Below, piece after piece: positions 1 through 12,019 of a stretch of DNA of 64,000 nucleotides. The notes under the pieces are model-generated. The model was not told where the DNA came from. It saw only the letters and a list, made by a program, of their open reading frames with translations, and searched no databases. The DNA comes from Somniosus microcephalus (taxonomy: Eukaryota): positions 9,982,001 to 10,046,000 of the forward strand of contig CM126231.1 of assembly GCA_052327205.1 (NCBI GenBank), given 5' to 3'. A program made the translations under genes and the position numbers. Positions within the stretch are counted from its first letter, which is position 1. Each line of letters opens with the position of its first letter.

Positions 1-426
1 TCCATTACTGAACTGCGACCTCCCTTGAGGCACACTATTTATCTTGTTTCATAAAAGTCTTGTGTAGCGTGCGTCACATTTTAAATGCATGCGTGGCACT
101 GTAACATCGCTCACATTCTTCTGATTGGCCCACTTTGTCACAATCTGCCTACTTCACCGTCACTATCACTCTCATAAATCGGCACAAATTTCAACCTACC
201 ATGGGCAGGCAGCACCACAGGAGATCCCGTAGCAGGGCACATTTGGTAGAAGTAACAGTGATAATGTTACAACTCCGTGCCTGTCAATCGCCAACAAGAG
301 GGATAATTGGGTGTGTTCTTATTTGATGAAGGGTCCGGTTAAGTGGCTCTTGAACGGAGATCCATAATCTCCATGTCCCTCTTCCCTCCCCCGCCCCACA
401 CCAATCCTGCTTAATTTATTAATTAA

Positions 427-780
427 GGCAGCACGGTGGCATAGTGGTTAGCACTGTTGCCTCACAGCGCCAGGGACCTGGGTTCGAATCCGGCCTCGGG
501 TGACTGTCTGTGTGGAGTTTGCACATTCTCCCCGTGTTTGCGTGGGTTTCCTCCGGGTACTCTGGTTTCCTCCCACAGTCCAAAGATGTGCGGGTTAGGA
601 TGATTGACTATGATAAATTGACCCTTAGTGTTAGGGGGATTAAATACGTGGGGTTACGGGGATAGGGTGGGATATGTGTTGGTGTAGGGGTTACGGGGAT
701 CGGGTGGGATATGTGTCGGTGCAGGCTCGATGGGCCGAAATGGCCTCTATCTGCATTGTGGGGTTTCTGTGATTCTGTGA
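427..780 (+). mobile_element. tRNA-derived V-SINE (HE1-like), full length
   Basis: A/B-box head (GGTGGCATAGTGG...GGTTCGAATCC), V-domain (GTGTGGAGTTTGCACATTCTCCCCGTG), CR1-type tail ending TTCTGTGA repeats; ATTAAG overlaps both ends as a probable TSD; near-identical copy at 42157. Confidence 0.9.
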
Positions 781-799
781 TTAAGTGCCTTGTTCCTGG

Positions 800-1140
800 T
801 TGATTCTCATCCTTGTTTTCAAATCCCACCATGGCCTCGCTCTTCCCTCTCTCTGTAGCCTGCTCCCGTCCAACAACACCTCCCCCCCCCCCCGGAGATC
901 TCTGCTCTTTTCCAATTCTGCCCATCCACTATTTTAATCGCTCCACCATTGGTGGCCGTGCCTTCAGCTGCCTGGGCTCTAAGCTCTGGAATTCCCTCCC
1001 TAAACCTCTCCGCCCCTCTACCTCTCTCTCCTCCTTTAAGACAGTACTAGAAACCTACCTCTTTGACCAAGCATTTGGTCATCTGCCGTAATATCTCCTT
1101 ATGTGAGTCGGTGTCAGATTTTGTTTAATAACGCTCCTGC
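800..1140 (+). mobile_element. L2 LINE 3' fragment
   Basis: Translation GGRAFSCLGSKLWNSLP..FKTVLETYLFDQAF typical of the L2 ORF2 C-terminus. Confidence 0.85.
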
Positions 1141-1427
1141 AAATTGTTGTTGTAATATTTACTGTACATAGCAATCTTAGCGGTGGAGGTATTAAGTTTT
1201 CAATTCCCTCAATGATATTGCTGCAATAGTTTTTTGTTCTATCTTCCAGTTGGTGTAACTTCTAAAGCCCTACATTTTCATAGAATCATAGAACGGTTAC
1301 AGCACAGGAGGAGGCCATTCGGCCCGTCGAGCCCGTGCCGGCTCTCTGCAAGAGCACTTCAGCTCGTCCCACTCCCTTGCCCTTTCCCTGTAGCCCCACC
1401 AATGTTTTTCCTTCAGGTACTTATCTA

Positions 1428-1761
1428 CAGGAAACTTTGTGTTATCCGGAGGTGAACTGTCCGGCAAGCTCGAGCCACCGGCAAAAATCAGGAGCCATTT
1501 TTTATGCTTTTCGTTTCTTTTCTTTGCGTTTTTTGAACAGTCAAGCTCTGCAAGGTCTGTAGCTAAGCAACAGCTTCAGCTAGAGACGCTACAGAGACGC
1601 TTGCCAGCTGTTTAGAGGCTGTTGCTAAGCAACAGGGTTTGTTGATTCATACGGAGATGAAAATCTCCGTATGTTTCAACATTAGCTCTGGAGTGTACGG
1701 CAGTTTTGAGGGAACGGCAGCAGCTTGGTCCCGTCGGTGCCGGATAGCACAAAGTTTCCTG
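1428..1761 (+). mobile_element. Tigger/pogo-like MITE (CAGGAAACTTT TIR)
   Basis: TIRs CAGGAAACTTTGTG/CACAAAGTTTCCTG, TA on both sides; the CR1 host sequence rejoins across it. Confidence 0.88.
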
Positions 1762-2192
1762 TAATTCCCTTTTTAAGCCACGATTGAATCTGCCTCCACC
1801 ACCCTTTCAGGCAGTGCATTCCAGATCCCAACCACTCGCTGCGTAAACAAGTTTTTCCTCATGTCACCTTTGGATCTTCTGCCAATCACCTTAAATCTGT
1901 GTCCTCTGGTTCTCGACCCTTCTGCCAATGGGAACAGTTTCTCTCTATCTGCCCAGACCCCTCATGATTTTGAACACCTCTATCAAATCTCCTCTCAATC
2001 ATCTCTACTCTAAGGAGAACAACCCCAGCTTCTCCAGTCTGTCCACGTAACTGAGGCCCCTCATCCCTGAAACCATTCTTGCAAATCTTTTCTGCACCCT
2101 CTCTAAGGGCCTTCACATCCTTCATAAAGTGCGGTGCCCAGAATTGGACACAATACTCCAGTTGTGACCGAACCAGTGTTTTAAGAAGGTTC

Positions 2193-2804
2193 TGTGGCGG
2201 TACCACCGGTTGTCCCTTACATTGAGATACATAATTCCCTTTAACTTACCTTACTGTATGTATAACTTATCTGTTTGGGCCATTGCCCCTTTTAAGACGT
2301 GCCCTAGCGCGCTGATGTCGCGTACCACGTGACGTACGTGTGGCGGCCGCCGGCCCGACTTGGCCTTCCAGGACGGCCACCAGCACAGCCCGGCCTCGCG
2401 ACTTCGGCCGCATCGGACAGCCGACGGGAGCGACTCGATCTTCCGCTCCCATGGCAAGCACCGGCTCAGCCTGGCCTCCAGCTCCCGCGCTCGCGACTTC
2501 GGCCTCAACGGCCAGCGACGCAACGACGCGCATCACGTGAGGCCCTAAACGCGGGAAACGCGAACAATGTGATGACGTCACAATAGAAACGCGATGACGT
2601 CATCACGCTCTCCACAGGACTGCGAACTCAGTCCTCGTGGAGTCCCCGCTGGGACAAGACCTATACCACGGTGCTCCTACAGTCAGCCATCTTACCTGCC
2701 ATCTTACCTGATGTAATTAGTCTGTTCCTGTAAATAAACAACTTGTTAATAGTTCGTCGAAGTCAAACTCTCTTATTTAGTGGCGATCTACATGAACCGC
2801 TACA
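2193..2804 (+). mobile_element. Solo LTR (612 bp, CpG-rich), probably Gypsy-type
   Basis: TG...CA ends with short IR TGTGGCGGT/ACCGCTACA, 4-bp TSD GTTC (2189-92, 2805-08), AATAAA near 2733; inserted in CR1. Confidence 0.85.
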
Positions 2805-3492
2805 GTTCATCATAACTTCCTTGCTTTTGTACTGTATGCCTCTATTTATGAAGCCCAGTATCCCGTATGCTTTTTTAACTGCTTTCTCAACCTGCTTTGT
2901 CACCTTCAACGATTTGTGCACACATACCCCCAGGTCTCTCTGTTCATGAACCCTCTTTAGGATTGTACCCTTTAGTTTATATTGCCTCTCCTCGTTCTTC
3001 CTACCAAAATATACCACTTCGCACTTTTCTGCGTTAAACTTCATCTGCCACATGTCCGCCCATTCCACCAGCCTGTCTCTGTCCTCTTGAAGTCTATCAC
3101 TATCCTCCTCACTGTTCACTATACTTCCAAGTTTTGTGTCATCCGCAAATTTTGAAATAGTGCCCTGTACACCTAAGTCCAAATCATTAATATATATCAA
3201 GAAAAGCAATGGTTCTAGTACCGACCCCTGGGGAACACCACTGTATAAGTTACTCCAGTCTGAAAAACAACCGTTCACCACTACTCTCTGTTTCCTGTCA
3301 CTTAGCCAATTCCGTATCCATGTTGCCAAGGTACCTTTTATTCCATGGGCTTCAACTTTGCTGGCAAGCCTATTATGAGGCACTTTGTTGAATGCCTTTT
3401 GGAAGTCCATGTACGCCACATCAACCCTCTCTGTTACCTCGTCAAAAAATTCAATTTAGGTGACACAAATGGACACTTTGGAAAAAGGAAGG

Positions 3493-4700
3493 AAAGTCTT
3501 GCATTTATATAGCACCTTTCACGACCACCGGACGCCCCAAAGCACTTTACAGCCAATGAAGTACTTTTTGAAGTGTAGTCACTGTTGTAATGTGGGAAAC
3601 GCGGCAGCCAATTTGCGCACAGCAAGCTCCCACAAACAGCAATGTGATAATGACCAGATAATGGCCCAGAAATTCGAGTCGGGGGCTTTCCACGGATGCA
3701 AGCCCCCAATCTGCACTTACCTTGCGCGCCGGCCGTTGAGCTGTGGGCCCCCGTGGAATTCCGATCTGGGGCCTGGTCCAGCTGCCGGTGCGCAGTGCTT
3801 GCGTATCCCAGGGGCGTAGTTAGTTCGATGCGTCCCCTGGGATCACGTGGGCCACGGGGAGCCAATCGGAGCAGGGAATGCTCCATTCATAAGTCTGACA
3901 AGAAGAGCTGTCAAGACTTATAAATACTACGGCCCCAAAGCAGCACTAAATCTTCAAATACATTTTTTTTTAAATCACATTTTTTAAATAAACTATAAAT
4001 TACATGAAATAACTATTTTAAACAATAATTTAAATTTTTGAAAAAAATAATTTTATTTTCTAATGGGGCTAAAAATAAACTTGCTTTAAAGTATTTAAAA
4101 ATAATACACCTGTGGAAAAAATGTTTTAATTTTAATTAATTCACCGCTTACCTTGTAAAAAGCAGGCCTTATGCCTGGTTTTTACATTTCTAAATTCTGC
4201 AGGCTTACTCTCCCGGGAAAACCTGGAAAAAAAACCGAAGTTCGATGCGCACGCGCGGCCTCTACTGCACACGCGTTCGACCTCTTAACCCCTCCTTTCA
4301 GGAGAACGGAAGTGCCGGTTTCCCGCGCATGCGCAGTGCATGCAGGAAACCGGCACTTCCACTGGGCCTACGGGTGAGTACTCCGTACTCACCTGTGGAG
4401 ACCCGAATTTCAATCTGTTTTTAGTGATGTTGATTGAGGGATAAATATTGGCCAAAGGCACCTCCCCTGCTCTTCTTCGAAATAGTGACATGGGATTTTT
4501 TTAAGTCCACCTGAGGGGGCAGACGGGGCCTCGGTTTAACATCTCATCCAAAAGACAGCACCTCCGACAGTGCAGCACTCCCTCAGCACTGCACTAGGAG
4601 TGTTAGCCTAGATTTCTTTGTGCTCAGGTCTCTGGAGTGGGACTTGAACCCACAACCTTCTGACTCAGGGGCAAGGAGTGCTGCCCACTGAGCCATGGCT
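3493..4700 (-). mobile_element. Deu-domain SINE (SacSINE1-like), split by a MITE
   Basis: tRNA-like head at the right end, Deu core (GAGTGCTGCACTGTCGGAGGTGC on the minus strand), L2-like tail at the left end. Confidence 0.85.
3663..4411 (+). mobile_element. PIF/Harbinger-like MITE, GGCCCAGAAATTCG family, copy 1
   Basis: Left TIR intact, right TIR lacks the last 6 nt; AAT duplicated from the host SINE. Confidence 0.8.
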
Positions 4701-4924
4701 GGCTCTCGGTATACAAAACCTACTTGCCTGTACATTGAAAGTGAGATGCTAAAACAATCTGGAACAGAAAGATGACAGGTATTATACAGATAAAAAATCC
4801 AAAGTGCCACTTGGGTGTGGGCATCTCCCCTGTGCCACTCATGTCGAATCCTGCCGTTAGATAAAATAGTGCTATGTTTGAGCTGTGCATACCGCAGTGA
4901 TGGGCTGCTTGCACAATCTGCTGG

Positions 4925-5140
4925 AACAAAAGCAAAAATACAGCGGATAATCGAAAAGTAAAATAATAGGCTGAAAACACTCAGCAGGTCAGGCAGCATT
5001 GGTGAAGAGAGAGAGAGAGAAACGGAGTTGACGTTCCAGGTGGGTGATCGTTCTGATGAAAGGTCACCGACCTGAAACGTTAGCTCGGTATTTCTCTCTC
5101 CACAGATGTTGCCTGACCCGCTGAGCGATGCCAGCATTAA
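4925..5140. mobile_element. Penelope-derived fold-back short element with hammerhead motif
   Basis: Inverted arms (CTCAGCAGGTCAGGCAGCAT / ATGTTGCCTGACCCGCTGAG); CTGATGA..AGGTC ACC GACCT GAAACGTT at 5053-5081; homologous to the Penelope 3' region at 20215-20350. Confidence 0.75.
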
Positions 5141-5580
5141 GTCGGCTGGCTTGCTGCATGTTTTATTTTTGTACCCTCTGGTGTGCGTGCATTCTTCCTT
5201 CCGTAACATTGGGAAATAGTGTGGTGTCGGTACCTGGAGGGCACAATTGCAAGTGCCTTCGCTGCGATACTGTGCTGGCGGTAAAGATCTATGACTAATA
5301 CATGGAATACCTGCTGGGTATCCGTCTATCACTAATCGAGGCTTACAGTGGTAAGCTTCGCAGTAGAGTATTATTTGTTTTGTATTTATTTTATGTTATT
5401 TAGTGTGCAATATTGCATGTGCTAGCTAGATTAGTGGATGTACACTAGTCAGCCCATTCTTGTCTCCTCTTTTCCCTTCTCTTTTCTCCCCCCTCACTCA
5501 TTGCCAGATCGACCCTTCTACAGGGGCTAGTCACGTTTATATCATGTAAACTGAATAGTTCCAATCTGAAAAAAAGGAAA

Positions 5581-6046
5581 AACTTGCATTTCTATAGCGC
5601 CTTTCATGACCACCGGACGTCCCAAAGTGCTTTACAGCCAATGAAGTACTTTTTGAAGTGTAGTCACTGTTGTAATGTGGGAAACGCGGCAGCCAATTTG
5701 CACACAGCAAGCTCCCACAAACAGCAATGTGATAATGACCAGATCATCTGTTTTTTGTGGTGTTGATTGAGGGATAAATATTGGCCCCCAGGACACCAGG
5801 GATAACTCCCTTGATCTTCTTCGAAATAGTGCCCGTGGGATCTTTTGCGCCCACCTGAGAGAGCAGACGGGGCCTCGGTTTAACATCTCATCCAAAAGAC
5901 GGCACCTCTGACAGTGCAGCACTCCCTCAGCACTGCATTGGGACTGTCAGCCTGGATTTATTTGCTCAGGTTTCATGGAGTGGGGACTTAGTCCCCTCAC
6001 CTCTGAGTCAGAAGGTTGTGGGTTCATCAGCTGAGCCACGGCTGAC
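5581..6046 (-). mobile_element. Deu-domain SINE
   Basis: Same family as 3493-4700. Confidence 0.88.
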
Positions 6047-6121
6047 AGTTGACAGACCTGATTAGAAAGGCTCCTCCTAGATTGTCGATTTGTTACTCTT
6101 GCGTTATTTATTGATGGCCAG

Positions 6122-6348
6122 TGACATGAATCAGTCATTCATGAAATAAAGACTTATGAAATAATACTGAGCGGCCTGCGGGTGGTGCTGTCCAGGGAGA
6201 GTATAAATACTCGGGCACGGGCCCAGCTTGCGCAGGACATTCTTAACAGGAACTAGTGAAGGGCACAACTAGACCTCCATGTTGTAAAACAGTTGATTAA
6301 AGCTTTGTTTAACGCTTAGACCAAGTGCCTAGTAGTTTTCTTACGTTA
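6122..6348 (+). mobile_element. ~227-bp solo LTR family, copy 1
   Basis: TGACATGAAT start, TATA-like GTATAAATA, ATTAAA; matches copies at 45461, 55241 and 57215; TSD not conserved here. Confidence 0.8.
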
Positions 6349-6877
6349 GCACCCACTTACATGAGTCCTATGAAGAATCAAGTCCGTTTTCTGTTCAGGT
6401 TCCACTGCTGCTAGATTCTCATGTCAACATAAAGATCTTCATTTTTTTTGCCAGCCGGATGACGGTGGGAGTGGGGGGTGACTGGGAGCTGGCAAATAAA
6501 CCAGCGGATCAATCAGCTGCTGGTTTGGTGACTGGATGTGCCGTTGGGATTGCTGGAGGCGATTGCATGCTCCCTTTTGGTGCTCCGATCTTTTAGATGG
6601 GGAGGGGTGGGGGGGCGGGGTTTGTGACTGACCGCAGGATGTGGACTAGACGCACAGGCCAATGTCCTCTCAGAATAAAAATTCACGCTTTGTATACCTG
6701 CCAACACCCTTGGTTTGCATGTCATAAACAGGAGGGATTAGGCTTGGTTTTCTTTGGCGCACAGGCGTTAGTAGTCACGTTCTTCCATGTTAAAAATGAT
6801 TTAATTTATGCTTTTTTTTTGTGATCAATGCATTTTCAGCTTGTATCGTTAAAACAGCACCAGGTTACCACTTTTAA

Positions 6878-6995
6878 CAAAAATAACAATAGAAAATGCT
6901 GGAAAAACTCAGCAGGCCAGGCGACATCCGTGGAGAGAGAAATAGAGTCAACGTTTCGGGTCGAAACCCTTTGTCAAGACTGAAAAGTCACTTTA
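6878..6995 (-). mobile_element. Penelope-derived short element
   Basis: Matches 20494-20600; flanked by direct repeat ACCACTTTTAA (6867-77, 6996-7006). Confidence 0.7.
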
Positions 6996-7407
6996 ACCAC
7001 TTTTAATAATATCAGTGATTTTTTTTTTAATGCAAATGAACGATTGCATTCTGTGGTGCTGACCGATTACGCCGGTTCACGGAAGATTTTACGTTTGCGA
7101 TTATGCGAATGCATTTTTAGCGGAAACTCGAACTGTAACCTAACCAGCGCAGTTTGCGCCCAGTTTCCTGGTTGCGCCCGAAACGGAAGCTCTACTCCTG
7201 TAGGCTCGGCCCAAGCAACGATGGGTTGGCCCTGCTTAAGCTGGGCGACTGGAATGATTGGATAGAAAGAGGCTCGAGTTTGACCCAGTGAGGGTTGTCT
7301 ATGCCAATCAGTCATTGCAGTAACTGAGGGGGAAGCTTTCTCTTAATTGTCACATCAGTCGCTTCACTTTCTCTCTTGGGGGAAAAAAAGGAAACAAAAG
7401 CAACATT

Positions 7408-8149
7408 GGCCCAGAAATTCGGGTCGGGGGCTTCCCGCGGGTACAAGCCTCCGACCTGCACTTACCTAGCGCGCCGGCCGTTGAGCTGTGGGCCCGCGTG
7501 GGATTCCGATCCTGGGCCTGCTCCAGCTGCCGGCGCGCAGTGCTCGCAGATCCCAGGGGCGCAGTTAGTTCGAAGCATCCCCTGGGATCACGTGGGCCAT
7601 GGAGAGCCAATGGTAGCAGGGAAATGCCCATTCATAAAATTGACAGGAAGACCTGTCAAAACTATAAATACTATAAGCCCCAAAACATCACTTCAAATAC
7701 ATTTTTTTTTAAATCACTTTTTTTAAGATAACAAATTACATAAAATAACTATTTTAAACAATAATTTAAATTTTTGAAAAAATTAATTACAATTTCTAAC
7801 AGGGCTAAAAATGAACTTACCTTTCTTTAAAGTATTTAAAAATAATAAACCTGTGGAAAAATGTTTTAATTTTAATTAATTCACCACTTACCTTGTTAAA
7901 AGCAGGTCTTGCGCCTGCTTTTTACATGTGTAACTCCTGGAGACTTACCCTCCCGGAGAAACCTGCAAAAAAAACGTAAGTTCCATGCGCACACGCTGCC
8001 GTCCGGCGTACGCGTTCGACCTCTGAACCCCTTCCTTTAAGGGAACGGAAGTTCCGGTTTCCCGTGCATGCACTAAACCGGCACTTTCGTTGGGCCAACA
8101 GGAGAGTACCCCATGCGTACTCACTCGTGGAGACCCGAATTTCTGGGCC
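7408..8149 (+). mobile_element. PIF/Harbinger-like MITE, GGCCCAGAAATTCG family, copy 2
   Basis: Perfect TIR GGCCCAGAAATTCGGGTC/GACCCGAATTTCTGGGCC, TSD ATT. Confidence 0.88.
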
Positions 8150-8479
8150 ATTATAAACACTCTCAACAAAGCATTAGCCGACCATATTTTGACAATCAAA
8201 TAAATCAAAGGTGTCCCAAAAGGGGACTGGAATCTGTGCAGTCCTTTGGCTCAGTTGGCAGCACGCCTGCTTTTCGAGTCAGAAGATTTTGAGTTGAAGA
8301 CCCACGCCAGGGCTTGATTTTTAAATCTAACCTGACATGCTGAGGGAGTGCCGCATGGCCAGAGGTGCTGGGCTCCAGGCGAGAGGTTAAACTGAGGATC
8401 TGTCTTTGACAAACAGAGGGATTTCTCTCTTTTTAGCTTTACAGTCTTGCATGCTGTCGAGTAATTAGGGTTGAGAAGA

Positions 8480-8825
8480 GAACATAAGAAATAGGAGCAG
8501 GAATAGGCCCCTCGAACCTCCTTCGCCGTTCAATAAGATCAGGGCTGACCTTGGGCTCAAAGCCACTTCCCTGCCCGCTCCCCATAACCCTTCACTCCCT
8601 TATCTTGCAAAAATCTGTCTTATCTCCACCTTAAATGCATTTAATGACCCAGCCTCCACGGCTCTCTGGGGCAGAGAATTCCACAGATTTACGACCCTCT
8701 GAGAGAAGAAATTCCTCCTCACCTCAGTTCTAAAAGGGCGACCCTTTATTCTAAAACTATGATCCCCGAGTTCTAGATTTCCCCACGAGGGGAAACATCC
8801 TCTCTGCATCTACCCTGTCGAATGC
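8480..8825 (-). mobile_element. CR1 3' fragment
   Basis: RRNFFSQRVVNLWNSLP peptide plus CR1 tail. Confidence 0.85.
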
Positions 8826-9258
8826 TCTTCATAAAGTACAAAATGGTGAACCACAGATACTCTGCACGAATCGGGCAGCAGTCCCTTTGATGGTGGGGTA
8901 GCAGGTTTAAGATATTAATATATGCGGCATTTTGTCAGATTAAATATATTTTGGTAGGTAAAAGTCTGGTGTTTACCGAGGAGTGAAGATTATTAATTTT
9001 TTCTTGACTGCTTTTTAAAAAGTAGCTTTACATCAAAGAAGTTGCGTGGAATAAATATCTTAGTTCTGGCTGTTGATTTTTAGTTCTGGCTTGGTGGGTA
9101 CTGGAAGCTTATGAATTCTAACATCATATCCTGAAAGATACATCTCAAGATAGCAACGGTGTACCAGGAAAAGGAGGGTTCAGCTTTTTGTCCAAAGGAA
9201 CTGTGCAAAGGCATCTTTCTAAAAAGTGTATCTCACTTCCTTTATGAACCAATTCTAG

Positions 9259-9485
9259 TTCTACCCTCCGTAAACTTGAGGTCATCCAGAACTCTGCTGC
9301 CAGTGTCCTAACTCGCACCTAGTCCTGTTTGCCCATCACCCCTGTACTCGCTGACCTACATTAGCTCCCGGTTAAGCAGCACCTCGATTTCAAAATTCTC
9401 ATCCTTGTTTTCAGATCCCTCCATGGCCTCACCCACTTCCCTATCTCGCTAATCTCCTCCAGCCCGAAACCCTCCGAGATCTCAG
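9259..9485 (+). mobile_element. L2 fragment
   Basis: Similar to 16410-16620. Confidence 0.8.
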
Positions 9486-9574
9486 TATTAGTGTCGTGTC
9501 ATTTTAATGTTTAACCAATGACTTTTTTTTGCTTTGTGCATTTTATTGGTATATAAGGGTGTCTTAGCCTGTTT

Positions 9575-10110
9575 AACAACAACTTGTATTTATATAGCGC
9601 CTTTAACATAGTAAAACGCCCCAAGGCACTGCACAGGAGTATTTTATTACAAAATATTTGACACCGATCCACATAAGGATAAATTAGGGCAGGTGACCAA
9701 AAGCTTGGCCAAAGAGGTAGGTTTTAAGGAGCGTCTTAAAGGAGGAAAGAGAGGTAGCGAGGCGGAGAGGTTTAGGCAGGGAATTCCAGAGCTTAGGACC
9801 AAGGCAACAGAAGGCACGGCCACCAAAGGTTGAGCAATTATAATCAGGGATGCTCAAGAGGTCAGAATTAGAGGAGCGCAGCTATCTCGGGGGTGGGGGT
9901 TGTGGGGCTGGAGGCGATTACAGAGATAGGGAGGGACGAGGCCATGGAGGGATCTGAAAACAAGGATGAGAATTTTGAAATCGAGGCGCTGCTTAACCGG
10001 GAGCCAATGTAGGTCAGCAAGCGCAGGGGTGATGGGCGAACGAGTCTTGGTGCGAGTTAGGACACGGGCAGCTGAGTTTTGGATGATCTCAAGTTTAGGT
10101 AGGGTGGAAT
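9575..10110 (-). mobile_element. L2 3' fragment
   Basis: Reverse complement of the L2 3' end including the AAAGGCGCTATATAAATACAAGTTG tail. Confidence 0.85.
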
Positions 10111-10239
10111 CATTAATGGTGCGATGTTTACCATCATCGGGATGTCGGGAGATGTAGTCAGAGGCTTACTGATTATCTGATGATTGCCATCACCATTAAT
10201 GATTAGATCCGTACCGCATTTGGCTAAATACGGCAACGA

Positions 10240-11078
10240 AAATGCAACAAGACCTGGACGGCGTTTAGGCTTGTGCTGATAAGTGGCAGGTAACATTTGT
10301 GCCACAAAAGTGCCAGGCAATGATTATCTCCAACAAGCGAGAGTCTAACCACTTCCCCTTGGCATTTAATGGTATTACCATTGCCGAATCCCCCACTATC
10401 AACATCTTGGGGGGTCACCATTGACCAGAAACTTAACTGGACCAGCCACATAAATACTGTGGCAACAAGAGCAGGTCAGAGGCTAGGTATTTTGCAGCGA
10501 GTGTCTCACCTCCTGACTCCCCAAAGCCTTTCCACCATCTACAAGGCACATGTACGGAGCGTGATGGAATACTCTCCACTTGCCTGGATGAGTACAGCTC
10601 CAACAACACTCAAGAAGCTCGACACCATCCAGGGCAAAGCAGCCCGCTTGATTGGCACCCCATCCACCACCTTAAACATTCACTCCCTCCATCACCGACG
10701 CACCATGGCTGCAGTGTGTACCATCTACAAGATGCACTGCAGCAACTCGCCAAGGCTTCTTCGGCAGCACCTCCCAAACCCGCGACCTCTTCCACCTAGA
10801 AGGACGCGGGCAGCAGGCGCATGGGAACACCACCACCTCCAAGTTCCCCTCCAAGTCACACACCATCCTGACTTGGAAGTATATCGGCCGATCCTTCATC
10901 GTCGCTGGGTCAAAATCCTGGAACTCCTTCCCTAACAGCACTGTGGGAGTACCTTCACCACACGGAACTGCAGCGGTTCAAGAAGGCGGCTCACCACCAT
11001 CTTCTCAAGGGCAATTAGGGATGGGCAATAAATGCTGGTCTTGCCCAGCGACGCCCACATCCCGTGAATGAATAAAAA
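10240..11078 (+). mobile_element. CR1/L2-group LINE 3' fragment (second LINE family)
   Basis: GVTIDQKLNWTSHI..IYKAHVRSVMEY RT C-terminal peptide; tail AGGGATGGGCAATAAATGCTGG..ATGAATAAAAA. Confidence 0.85.
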
Positions 11079-12019
11079 CACAGGTTTCACTTCTTGGGTG
11101 TGCTTACAGAAAATGTCCTCCAGGTCCTTTCATGAGAAAGTGTTTTGAGGTGGTGGAGTCCAAACTGTAATATGATCTTCCTGTTCCAGTGGTTTGAGTA
11201 ACTGTTGAAGATCCCAGGCATTTAAGAGTCGTCCCTCACGTGGCATCTTGCTGTGTGCACAATGGTTCTGTGTTGCCCTACATAAGTCATTACACTTCTA
11301 GTTAATTCAATGTGAAGCATTTTAAGATGTTCCTGAGAGATTCCGTATAAGTGGAAGTCTTTCTTGACTCTGTGCAGTATCGCATCACTTTGGAACACGT
11401 ATCTCGAGGAAGGTCAAGTGTGCTGGCCTCTCATGTATGCTACTTAATTGCACAGTGATAGCAGACTAGCATTAAACATTCAAACGTCATCACATTGTGT
11501 CTTGCATTTAGCTGACACAGCTCCCTATTATTGAACAGTTTATAGTACGTACACTTTGTTAACAGATATGTTCAAATGCAAATGATAAATATTAACCTAC
11601 GGTAAGTAATGGAGGATTGTCACTGGACAGGAGGGGGTGTCGTTCCACTCTCTCTTACTCTTGCTATACAGTGATGTGTAGCATGCTTGGGAGGGACAGG
11701 TAGGTGACGTTGGACCTATGGTGTCCCCCATTGGAGTTTCCTCGTATCACGTCTGGGTCTGTTGTAGACTAATTGATAAGAGATCGATTGCTAATGATTA
11801 GTAAACAACACCATTATCGTTGTATCACGTGACTACCAGGCTGGTGGAAGGCAAACTAGACGGACTTCAGTCTGTTTTCGTCTTGCAATTCCTATGTGCT
11901 TAGATGAAAATTGCTCTGATATAACACTAGAAATTTTGCTCATTGTTTGGGGGTTGAAAGTGGGAGAGTTGTCTCACATGTGAGTCATTGTGGATGGCAC
12001 CGAGCAGCGTATGAGGGTA

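Larger units (their letters stand above)
1279..3440 (-). mobile_element. CR1 LINE (RT to 3' end), interrupted by a MITE and a solo LTR
   Basis: ORF 2763-3419 has DFQKAF, GVPQGSVL, FADD; further CR1 peptide at 1886-2206; 3' tail ATAGAATCATAGAA at the left end. Confidence 0.93.

Noticed and set aside
1-360. Promoter-like segment with ATTGG box
   Set aside because: Isolated short motifs with no associated exon or CpG island
427-500. tRNA-like sequence (also 42157 and the Deu-SINE heads)
   Set aside because: SINE heads continuing into SINE bodies, not tRNA genes
2251-2586. Stack of overlapping GC-rich ORFs
   Set aside because: All lie inside the solo LTR; stop-poor because of high GC, with no recognisable domain
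3434-3923. Recurrent ORFs such as MAQKFGSG / LPCAPAVELW in four places
   Set aside because: Translations of GC-rich MITE arms; frames are not conserved among copies
11610-11900. Possible further SINE/LINE 3' end (..TTCCTATGT)
   Set aside because: Single degenerate copy; family not assignable by eye
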